A stretch of DNA of 64,000 nucleotides, taken from contig NC_091998.1 in NCBI RefSeq assembly GCF_044704955.1, positions 58,962,001-59,026,000 of the forward strand, written 5' to 3'. The notes under the pieces are model-generated. The model was not told the DNA's origin. It ran no database searches and saw nothing but the letters and a program-made list of their open reading frames with translations. The translations under genes were made by a program, and so were the position numbers. Origin of the DNA: Pristiophorus japonicus. Lineage: Eukaryota. This document shows, piece by piece, positions 51,340 to 62,456 of the stretch (its first letter is position 1; each line of letters opens with the position of its first letter).

Positions 51340-54300
51340 ATGAAGACTGAGGTTGGACCCGTGACCATTCCAATGGTTGATAGTGAATCTCGAAGGTAAG
51401 ATTTTGTTTAGCGTTTAATCCCAAACTGAGCGATGCCAGTCGCTCTCTATCTCTGAATCCTGCCCATGTTTGCAGCAACTAAATGATGCTCGCTCTATCC
51501 GCAGAACCTTCAGTCACCGCCGCCGCAGGAATTCTCGCCTGACTTCTCCGGTCTCCTGCCCCCAGCTCAAGGTAAGAATCTTTCACTGGCATTGTATCAA
51601 CCTGATATTGCGGGGGGTGAGGGGGGAAGACATGCATTTTGTTACAGTTACAGTAAGCTTGAGTTGGTAAATATTACAATGCTCTGAGCGAGCAGAATTC
51701 ATAATGCAAAAGGAACCCCCTTTGGAAACACTTTCTCAGTGCAGAGATTAAATTCCCAGGCCCTACCCCACGCTCCAGCCCACCAATCCGGGCTGCGAGA
51801 GTTTCCTCTGTCTCAGCCCTCAAAGAACCAGAGACATTTACAGCACGGAGCGAGGCCATTCCGCCTATCGTGTCCGCGCCGGCCGACCAAGAGCTACCCA
51901 GCCAAATCCTACTTTCCAGCTCTCGGTCCGTAGCCCTGCAGGTTATGTCACTTTAGGTGCATATCCAAGTACTTTTTAAATGTGGTGAGGGTTTCTGCCT
52001 CTACCACCCTTTCACGCAGTGAGTTCCAGACCCCTACCATCCTCTTTCCCCTCAAATCCCCTTTAAAGCTCCTACCAATGACTGTAAAGCTATGCGCCCT
52101 GGTTATTCACCCCTTCCTATCCACTCTATCTAGGCCTCCTCTGTTCCAAAGAAAACAGACGCAGCCTATCCAATCTTCCCTCACAGCTAAAATTCTCCGT
52201 CCTGTGCCCCAACTTGCCAGCCACAGGGTATCAGTGTGTGGTGCCTGCAGCGATTGGGAGGTCCTGTTTCTGCACCAATTGCAGTAATTCCAGGCAATCC
52301 CCTGAGTGTATCCTGGGCGCAGCTCCTTGTCCAAGGTGTAACAGAGACACCTCATTCCTTCATCTCAACTCCCACTAAACACGCCCGGGACCCTTGGCAT
52401 TTCTGAGGGGGGACTGGAGGCTATGGTAAAGAAAGCACATCACCCGCCAACGAGACTGGACTCAGTGAATCTGACTGTTTGCTCATTTTGCAGAGCCTAT
52501 TTCAAGAGACCTTACCAAAAGTGATGGAGACGAGCACGGCCAGTCACCGAGCAGACGGAGAGAGCTACCAGCTAGAAATCACCGGGACATCCTCGTCCAT
52601 AACCGCGGCCGGCAATGCAGAACTCTCGCTGGAAAAGGCTGTCATGTTGGTCCTGGCTGTTGAAAAATTCAAGAAGGGGTTGGGGCGGCCGTCGAGCAAT
52701 GGCTGGGGACACAAGGGCACTTCCTTCAAGGGCAGCGAGCTGCTCGGGAGCTTCAATGCGCTGGTGGAAGGTAAGAAGCGTTTCCTTCCAGTGTTGTCAT
52801 TGGTGCCATGGCCAACTGTGTGAGCAGTGTGGCACCCGGCATCATGGCTGCTGGCTGCTGTGTCAGTGCTTCTGTTGCTGCTCCCTCATTGTTGCTGGCT
52901 CAATATAGTGGCATTGCCCACAGCAGCTGTGGCATTCCCATTGGCGTAAGGATTTGACAAGACAGCCTGGCACCCGGGTAACCCGGGCTGGCCAAGAACT
53001 GCAGCCTTGCCAGCGCTGCCCAGAGACATATTACACTTCCAGATTGATTTTTTTTCTGATCAATCTCCGTTAATTTGCTGCGGTGAATAACTGCTTTCGA
53101 TTTGTGCCAACAGAAGCCATTACCTGCATCAGCTATGACGACACTGAACAGGCGAACAGCTCCTACAGGTTCATGCGGAGTGAGCGCACGCAGGTGAAGG
53201 ACGAGCAAGACAAGTCTCTGATGCTGTCGGACAACCTCCAGCTCGTCGCCCTGTTCTTGCAGGAGCCGAAGGACGAAGGTGGGTCACCTCCGCCCTTGCT
53301 CTTTTCTGGAACACTTCAAACAAGGAAAAGTTGGCCAAAGTATTTCAATCTTCCTGTTCGGAAGAAGAATTCTCTCCCGGTCACTGTCGCTCTTCTTTGC
53401 CCCGCCTCTATTCTCTCCCCGCCTCTCCTGACTCCCTGCACAGAGGCTGACTCTTGGCTGGGATATATTTCTACAGGAGTCACTCTCCCCCCACCCAGTA
53501 CCTCACCAACTTGGCCATTCTTACTGTGAGGCCAAAGTGTTGTCAGGCTATTCAGCCATGGGGGAGGCGCATCATAGCCCAGCCCGACTGATGTATGTCC
53601 CCAGGATCACTAGATCGGGACCAGGAGCAGGGACCCTGGCCATTTCATCTGCTCCCTGGCGGAGTGTTGCTGAGGCCAATTGTAATGCACCAGTGCCTGC
53701 CTTGGTTAACTTGAACCCGATGACCATCCAGCCTGAATGGCTCAATTCCATTCCAGATGGTGCATTTATCCAGTAATAACTGGGGAGCTGCACTTTTAGT
53801 AATCTTGGTCTCAATATATTCTGACGACAGTACTAACATGTTCCCTCTTTAACTTACAGTAACACTGGATGTGAGGTACTACAAGACCGCTGTGAGCACA
53901 GAGAATGATTTGCCTGTTGTTCTGGGAATCAACAGGCGGAATCTGTTCCTCTCTTGCACGGGATCACATGACAGACCCAGGATGCAGGTGGAGGTAAGGG
54001 ATTGCACAGTTATCTGACAAATATCACGTCATTGCTACCTGGAGGCTCGGCCTCTGCTGCCAGCCTGCCCGTGTTCATTCTCTACAACTTACATGTGTCA
54101 GAGGATTCAGTCCATGTTTTGTAACCTTCCCTTCACTCTGGCTGTGATGCCCCATGTCCACAATATGACCAATTTCAACACTGGTTCTGCAGCCTCAGGG
54201 AAATCCCCCGCCCATATCTTACAGTCCACTTCCCCGCCTCCTGAGGTGCTGCCTCTGGGATACTGGTTCCATGGGTGCTGGCCACCCTCCACTCCCTCGC

Positions 54301-55046
54301 CCATGGAGCCCATCCTCAGATAGTGTATCAGAAAGCTATTTAACCCGAGGGTGCGGCCCCACAGCCCAGTCCTAGCCTGGCCTGACCTGATACCCAAACA
54401 TGTACAATCTCCAGCAGGGATCGCTGCACAGTGATCAGGAGATGGAACCCTGGCCTTTTTCCCCCGCCCTAGCCCAGGAATGCTCTGTCCTCTCTCCCCT
54501 TCCTGGCCAAGGTCAGCTGGCTTAGAATAGTCCCGGGATCAAGGGCAATCGCCCTGTGCATTTGCAGACAGTCAGCTGACGCGGAGTCTGGGCGGAGCCC
54601 TAATATCAGGGTAGCAGCCCCGCCAGGCACAGGAGCTGAATTCCCCAAGAAGGGAATGGGACGGGAAAGGGATGGGCGGCATTAGGTCTGCCGGCTCAGA
54701 ACCTCCCACCAACATCAGGCAACCAGCCCCGTGCACACCAACATATCCTGAAATAAAGCCCCCTGCAGCTTTTTCAGCTGAAATATAAATGTATTTCAAT
54801 GTGTTCCAACCGATGATGTTTCTATTTGCACAGAAATGGGACAAGACTCTGCAGAATATCAGCAGTGCTACCGACCTGCTCCGCTTCGTGTTCTTTAAGA
54901 AAGATTCGAGTTCTGGCGAGGACTTTGAGTTTGAATCGGCGATGTACCGGGGCTGGTACATCAGCACGTCCAGAAAGAGCAAACAGCCTGTGGACATGGA
55001 CCGGAAGGAGCACCGCAAGAGAATCACAATCTTCACAGCGGAGTGA
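51340..55046 (+). CDS. il1b: Interleukin-1 beta-like gene, copy 4 (complete, 303 aa; last copy of the array)
   Basis: Exons 51340-51395, 51505-51571, 52494-52770, 53114-53278, 53860-53993, 54834-55046. Intact. Versus copy 2: N>S, T>A and V>E in exon 3, Y>F in exon 6, plus two synonymous Lys changes. Confidence 0.92.
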
Positions 55047-55250
55047 GACCGTCCCGAACTCTCCGCAGTTCATAACACAAACCAGGAGTAGTTGGTTTCG
55101 GGAGAGCGTGTGTATGTACTAAGTACAGAATTCGCAATCCATTGAATTACAATCATTTTGGTCATATTGGACTGAAAAGATTGATGTTGGAATATGTTGG
55201 TGAAACACAGGTAGCAATATTTGTTACTGCTTGACTTGTATATTATTTGC

Positions 55251-55397
55251 ATTTAAACTTTAGTGAAACGAAGGTGTATTTTTGGATCGTGAGGACTAAT
55301 GATTGTATAAGTTATTCAATATTATTATTTATTATTTAAATTATTGATCCATTTATTGCTATACTGGAAGAGAAAGCTTCTTCCTTGGTTGATTAAA
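55251..55397 (+). promoter_or_regulatory. 3'UTR AREs and ATTAAA, copy 4
   Basis: Same motifs; ATTAAA 55392-55397. Confidence 0.7.
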
Positions 55398-56135
55398 TTT
55401 TAAGTTTTCTTTCAAACACATTAGTTTCCTTTTTCATTTTCACACATTTCCTTAAAAATGTTGCTTGGGGTAAAAAACATGAAGCACGCACCATTGCTGC
55501 AGTAGGAAAAGCTCTTCCATTCCCAACTGATTCTTTGCAGTCTCCACAGTATCGCGTTTGCTCACTTTTCTCACCCTCTGTTGGGCAGCTCCAGAATGTT
55601 TGTTTTTACATTCTCTCCTGAAGAAAGAAAGATTTGCATTTCTATCGTCGCTTCCACCAGCTCAGGACGTCCCAAAGCCCTTCGCAGTCAATTAACCATT
55701 GTAATGTGGGAAACACAGCAGCCAAATTCCGCACAGCAAGCTCCAAAAACAGCAGTGCAGATAATGAGCAGATAATCTGATAGTTAGTGATGTTGATTGA
55801 GGGATAAATAATGGCCAGGACACCAGGAAAGCTCCCCCTGCTTTTCTTCAAATGGCACCGTGGGACCTTTTCTATGCACCTGAGAGGTGGGCCCTCACTT
55901 TAACCTCTCATTCAAAAGACGGCCCCTCCGGCAGTGCAGCACTGGGTGTCAGCCTGGATTGTATGCTGAAGTCTCCGGACTGGAGCTCCGGGACTGAGAC
56001 GAGAGTGCTGCCACTGAGCCAAGGCTGACACTCGGCAGTATTGGGGGAGGTGCTGCATTCTTGGTCAGGTGCAGTTTCACAGGCGCTGACCATATTTCTC
56101 TATCTCAGCTAAGTGACCATTCTTTATGTATGTAT

Positions 56136-57573
56136 TCAACCTCCCAGCATCTAACCACATAATTTTCCTCGGTACCTGCATCCTGGAACATCTTCCATTC
56201 CATCACCCTCAATAACCCATGCTTTATAAAGTGGAAGATAACATGAACTACATAAACATAATAAAAAACACTGATTTACATTTTACACACAAATGCACAT
56301 AATTAAATGCAAAAATATCACTAATATTCTCACAATGGAATGCAGTAGAAATACAATATAACCTTTTCAATCAGTGGTCCTGCTTGGCATATTGTAATAC
56401 TAGGTGGGATTAAAAAAACTACTTTCCAACTTAGCAGGAGTAATATGGGAGATCTGCTAGTGTATTTCACCATGTAGTGCAAATGTTCTATCCCTTGCAA
56501 CTTAATTGTTTTTTTTTAAATAGACTCATGACAGTATCTCATACACTTTCTCAGAATCTCAAAACTGTGAAAATCTTTACCTTCCTCGGTCTACTCTTTC
56601 TCCTGCAATCTATTGTACCAGATTTTAAAACCCAAGGTAGGCTTTACTTAAGAGCTACACCTTGACTTATCAAGCATATTTCACCCTCATTGACTGTTGT
56701 CAAAATTGGTCAAATCCTGCACCTAGATTTTTCAGCTCAGTTTAGGAATGAGTAATTTAGAAATTTTAAATAGTGACTCTGGGGAGAAATCTTTAAATTG
56801 GCTAAGAACCAACGGAGGGTATTCTAATCGGTAAGAAGTCTGGTGGAATTTAAATGGCATTTAAAATTGATAAACCAATAAACAATGGCATGATTATTGT
56901 TCTGATGCTTGTTGCACCTGCAGCCACAGTTTTAAAAAACTTTCAGAAGGGGAAAAGTTTGCCGCCTTGGTGGCGTCCATTAGTGCCAGTAGATGGTGCT
57001 AGTTTGGCATTGAGACCAGTACTGACTGCTGCATGCCAAATCGGTAACAGCTTATTGCCGGGGACCTCAATGCCAGGGAGGTGGTGACATGAGTATGCAA
57101 CGCTCACTGAATGCCGGTTTTCACAAATTGCTTTTAAACACTTACCTCACCACCTGGAGTAGACACTAACAGGGAGAGCTGGCGTGCAGCACCAGGAAAC
57201 CAGCTGCAGGAACGTTACTTAAAGACTGTGGAGGGACATGATTGGGGCCCAGGGGAGGCGCGAGTTCGGGGCCAGGGGCCCAGGGGCAGAACGAGCCAGC
57301 CCACACAGCAATATGTGTGCGCACTAGGTGCAGAGAACTGCTCTCCAGTCGTCTTGGGTAATCCTTGCCACTGAACCAAGACTTAGCTCTGTCAAGCCCA
57401 TGTGATGGCTGGTGTGCAACGGCCACGACACGTTATAAAAATTCACGCACAGGCACCTTCCACCCTTCAGGATGTAGTTCGGGTCCTTCATTGAAACACC
57501 TGTGAACTCATCCTCTTTTTGGCGTGGAAGCAAGTCATCCTCGATTCGAGGGACCACCTATGATGATGATGAT
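56136..57573 (+). mobile_element. 1.44-kb insertion ending in a non-autonomous RTE-derived element
   Basis: Absent from units 1-3, where tgtat|accaacagtgtgg is contiguous (~2803-2820). Ends gtggaagcaagtcatcctcgattcgagggaccaccta(tga)n, matching the RTE 3' end; 57340-57480 matches the RTE sequence just upstream of its ATG. Confidence 0.75.
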
Positions 57574-58148
57574 ACCAACAGTGTGGGGGTTGTTTTAGCC
57601 AAAGGATAAAACCAGGCTCTAAATGAGTGCTACGCTAATAATAAATGGGTGCCCACCTGTTTGAAAGTCTGGGTTCAGCACACAATTTTGGTCCCAATTG
57701 CTGATTACCATAATTGGAACTTGCCTGGAGGCGCTAATCCAGAAACCGTCAGGTTCAGCACAAGTACTGATTAGACGGAATTTTAGTGAAGCTCCTCGCA
57801 CCCAATTCCACGGAAGGTGTGGCGTGCGCTGGCTGGCACACAGCGACACGTTGCAGGATGGCTCAGACTGAGGGAGAGGGCGCACAGGTTTGTAAGAAAT
57901 CTTTAAACCCAAAGAAATTGCAAGTTATAAAAAGGATAATAATTCTGCAAAAAGTAGGTCTGCCAACTCAGCAGATGAGGGCTGGCTCACATCAGACAAC
58001 AACAACAACTTGTATTTATATAGCGCCTTTAACATAGTGAAATGTCCCAAGGCGCTTCACAGGAGAATTGTGATATTTAAAAAAATTTGAAACCGGGCTG
58101 CATAAGTATAAATTAGCTCAGGTGACCAAAAGCTTGGACAAAGAGGTA

Positions 58149-61117
58149 AAGATAGAAACATAGAAACATAGAAAATAGGTGCAGGAGTAGGCCATTCGGC
58201 CCTTCGAGCCTGCACCACCATTCAATAAGATCATGGCTGATCATTACCTCAGTACCCCTTTCCTACTTTCTCTCCATACCCCTTGATCCCCTTAGCCGTA
58301 AGGGCCATATCTAACTCCCTCTTGAATATATCCAATGAATTGGCATCAACAACTCTCTGCGGCAGGGAATTCCACAGGTTAACAACTCTCTGAATGAAGA
58401 AGTTTCTCCTCATCTCAGTCCTAAATGGCCTACCCCTTATCCTAAGACTGTGTCCCCTGGTTCTGGACTTCCCCAACATCGGGAACATTCTACCCGCATC
58501 TAACCTGTCCAGTCCCGTCAGAATCTTATATGTTTCTATGAAATCCCCTCTCATCCTTCTAAACTCCAATGTATAAAGGCCCAGTTGATCCAGTCACTCC
58601 TCATATCACAGTCCAGCCATCCCGGGAATCAGTCTGGTGAACCTTCGCTGCACTCCCTCAATAGCAAGAACGTCCTTCCTCAGATTAGGAGACCAAAACT
58701 GAACACAATATTTCAGATGAGGCCTCACCAACACCCTGTACAACTGCAGTAAGACCTCCCTACTCCTGTACTCAAATCCCCTAGCTATGAAGGCCAACAT
58801 ACCATTTGCCTTCTTCACCGCCTGATGTACCTGCATGCCAACTTTCAATGACCGATGAACCATGACACCCAGGACTCATTGCACCTCCCCTTTTCCTAAT
58901 CTGTCACCATTCAGATAATATTCTGTCTTCGCGTTTTTGCCCCCAAAATGGATAACCTCACATTTATCCACATTATACTGCATCTGCCATGCATTTGCCC
59001 ACTCACCTAACCTGTCCAAGTCACCCTGCAGCCTCTTAGCGTCCTCCTCACAGCTCACACCACCACCCAGTTTAGTGTCATCTGCAAACTTGGAGATATT
59101 ACACTCAATTCCTTCATCTAAATTAATGATGTATATTGTAAAGATCTAGGGTCCCAGCACTGAGCCCTGCGGCACTCCACTAGTCACTGCCTGCCATACT
59201 GAAAAGGACCCATTTATCCCAACTCTCTGCTTCCTGTCTGCCAACCAGTTCTCTATCCACGTCAGCATATTACCCCCAATATCATGTGCTTTGATTTTGC
59301 ACACCAATCTCTTGTGTGGGACCTTGTCAAAAGCCTTTTCAAAGTCCAAATACACCACATCCACTGGTTCCCCCTTGTCCACTCTACTAGTTACATCCTC
59401 AAAAAATTCCAGAAGATTTGTCAAGCATGATTTCCCTTTCATAAATCCATGCTGACTTGGACTGATCCTGTCACTGTTTTCCAAATGGGCTGCTATTTCA
59501 TCCTTAATAATTGATTCCAACATTTTCCCCACTACTGATGTCAGGCTAACCGGTCTATAATTACTGGCTTTCTCTCTCCCTATCTTTTTAAAAAGTGGTT
59601 TTACATCAGCTATCTTCCAGTCCATAGGAATTGATCCAGAGTCGATAGACTGCTGGAAAATGATCATCAATGCATCCACTATTTCTAGGGCCACTTCCTT
59701 AAGTAATCTGGGATGCAGACTGTCAGGCCCCAGGGATTTATCGGCCTTCAATCCCATCAATTTCCCTAACACAATTTCCCGCCTAATAAGGATATCCTTC
59801 AGTTCTCCCTTCTCACTAGACCCTCGGTCCCATGTACTTCCGGAAGGTTATTTGCGTCTTCCTTCGTGAAGACAGAACCAAAGTATTTGTTCAATTGGTC
59901 TGCCATTTCTTTGTTCCCCATTATAAATTCACCTGAATCTGACTGCAAGGGACCTACGTTTGTCTTCACTAATCTTTTTCTCTTCACATATCTATAGAAG
60001 CTTTTGCAGTCAGTTTTTATGTTCCCGGCAAGCTTCTTCTCATACTCTATTTTCCCCCTCTTAATTAAACCTTTTGTCCTCCTCTGCTGAATTCTAAATT
60101 TCTCCCAGTCCTCAGGTTTGCTGCTTTTTCTGGCCAATTTATCTGCCTCTTTCTTGGATTTAACACTATCCTTAATTTCCCTTGTTAGCCACGGTTGAGC
60201 CACCTACCCCGTTTTATTTTTACTCCAGACAGGGATGTACAATTGCTGAAGTTCATCCATATGATCTTTAAATGTTTGCCATTGCCTATCCACAGTCAAC
60301 CCTTTAAGTATCATTTGCCAGTCTATTCTGGCCAATTCACGCCTCAAACCATCGAAGTTACCTTTCCTTAAGTTCAGGACCTTAGTTTCTGAATTAACTG
60401 TGTCACTCTCCATCTTAGTAAAGAATTCTACCATGTTATGGTCACTCTTCTCCAAGGGGCCTTGCACAACAAGATTGCTAATTAGTCCTTTCTCATTACA
60501 CATCACCCAGTTTGGGTTGCCAGCTCCTTAGTTGGTTCCTCGACAGATTGGTCGAGAAAACCATCCCTAATACATTCCAGGAAATCCTCCTGCACCGCAT
60601 TACTCCCAGTTTGGTTCGCCCAATCAATATGTAGATTAAAGTCACCCATGATAACTGCTGTACCTTTATTGCACACATCCCTTATTTCTTGTTTGATGCT
60701 ATCCCCAACCTCACTACTACTGTTTGGTGGTCTGTACACAACTCCCACAAGCATTTTCTGCCCTTTGGTACTCTGTAGCTCCACCCATACTGATTCCACA
60801 TCATCCAAGCTAATGTCCTTTCTTACTATTGCATTAATTTCCTCTTTAACCAGCAATGCCACCCCGCCTGCTTTTCCTTTCTGTCTATCCTTCCTAAATG
60901 TTGAATATCCCTGGATGTTGAGTTCCCAGTCTTGGTCACCCTGGAGCCATGTCTCCGTGATGCCAATTACATCATAATGGCTATCTGCGCAGTTAATTCG
61001 TCCACCTTATTCCGAATACTTCTCGCATTGAGGCACAGAGCTTTCACACTTGTCTTTCTAACACACATTGCCCCTTTAGAATTTTGCTGTAATGTGGTCC
61101 TTTTTGCTTTTTGCCTT
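58149..61117 (-). mobile_element. CR1-clade (HER1-like) LINE, ~3 kb, covering a disrupted ORF2
   Basis: Endonuclease LCLNARSIRNK, GVVYRPP, MGDFN, SDHN; RT NYRPVSLTS, YLDFEKAFD, GVPQGSVLGP; (TTTCTATG)n tail. TSD AGGTA at 58144-58148 and 61118-61122. Confidence 0.92.
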
Positions 61118-61503
61118 AGGTAGCTTTTAAGGAGCATCTTGAAGGAGGAAAGAGAGGTAGAGAGGCGGAAAGGTTTAGGCAGGGAGTTGCAGAGCTTGAG
61201 GCCCAGGCAACAGAAGGCACGGTCAGCGATGGTTGAGCAATTATAATCAGGGATGCTCAAGAGGGCAGAATTAGAGGAGCACAGACATCTCAGGGGGTTG
61301 TGGGGCTGGAGGAGATTACAGAGATAGGGAGGGGTGAGGCTATGGAGGGATTTGAAAATAAGGATGAGAATTTTGAAATCCAGGTGTTGCTTTACCGGAA
61401 GCCAATATAAGTCAGCAAGCACAGGGTTGATGTGTGAGTGGGGCTTGGTACGGGTTAGGACACGGGCAGCCGAGTTTTGGATCACCTCTAGTTTACGTAG
61501 GGT

Positions 61504-61750
61504 CATCATCATAGGCGGTCCCTCAAAACGAGGATGACTTGCTCCACGCCAAAAAAAGGATAAGTTCACAGGTGTTTCATAAGAAGAACCCGAACTACAT
61601 CCTCAAGGGTTGAAGATACCTGTGCGTGGATTTTTTTAACGTGTGGTGGCCGTTGTGCACCAGCCACCACACGGGCTTGACAGAGCTAGGTCTTGGTCTA
61701 GTGGCAAGGATTACCCAAGACAACTGGAGACCTGCTCTGCTGCATGGACC
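61504..61750 (-). mobile_element. Non-autonomous RTE-derived element (5'-truncated)
   Basis: The reverse complement aligns with 57325-57573; (TGA)n tail seen as catcatcatagg. Confidence 0.8.
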
Positions 61751-62456
61751 ACAGACACACACAGACACACACAGACAGGGGGACGGTGCAACCCAATGGC
61801 TCACAGAGCTTGACCACAAAGCGGAACAATCGGACAGCGACACGCACTCATTGGCCGACCGAGCGGCTGCAATGCCCAGCCACGTCCACAATGGTCTCTG
61901 GTATTCAGGGCGAAGATCTCGAGGGGCCTATAGTACTGGGGAGGGAGGCGGGGGTGGAGGGAAGGAGAGACGGGTCCCGAACTCCCGCCGCCCTCCCTCA
62001 CGTGGTCTTGGCCTTCCCGCCGGGCGCTGCGACCGGCTGAGATTGACCAAGGCGTCCCGGATCAGGATACTCGGGATCACGATCCACAGGCCGTTGAGGA
62101 AGTTGAAGTAGAACCAGAAGTGGAGCGGGTGCCCGAACTCGCTGTGGATGAAGCCGTCCCGATAGTGCAGTAGGTCGCCGTACAGCTGGCCCAGGGACAT
62201 GATGAGTTGCAGGAAAAAGCAGTATGGGTTATTCTGCAGGAAGGCAATGAAAGTCCAAACACTCAGCAGGCCCCTTAGCCCAGGCACTGACGATCTCCAT
62301 GCACACCGTGAAGTTGTCCACAGTGATATATCTGCTGCCCCCCCTTAGCATATTCCTTCCAGATCTGGGAGAGCAGCGATTGGTTCTGGGCCAGGCCTGA
62401 CTGCCGGACGGAGAACCAGCCCTCGAGCATCAGGTGCAGGGAGGCACAGAGTAGGA
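61751..62456 (-). pseudogene. ebp: Processed pseudogene of emopamil-binding protein (sterol delta8-delta7 isomerase), 5'-truncated, with probable 3'UTR
   Basis: Minus strand reads LHLMLEGWF...SLLSQIWKEYAKG/SRYITVDNFTVCME.../LSVWTFIAFLQNNPYCFFLQLIMSLGQLYGDLLHYRDGFIHSEFGHPLHFWFYFNFLNGLWIVIP. This matches EBP (SQLWKEYAKGDSRY..DNFTVCME, GQIYGD, GHPLYFWFYF). No introns; two frameshifts and a short in-frame deletion. Confidence 0.88.

Larger units (their letters stand above)
1..56135 (+). repeat. Tandem segmental duplication array of ~17-18.2 kb units
   Basis: The sequence at position 1 (caatcttcctgttcgg) recurs at 18165, 36361 and 53346, and the ORF track repeats block-wise. Close identity ends at 56135; weaker homology resumes at 57574. 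Confidence 0.97.

Noticed and set aside
60967-61569. 200-aa ORF as a novel fusion protein
   Set aside because: Chance in-frame read-through across the RTE-derived tail, L2 and CR1 junctions.
61928-62287. Functional EBP gene
   Set aside because: 5'-truncated, two frameshifts, an internal deletion and embedded in an L2; called a processed pseudogene.
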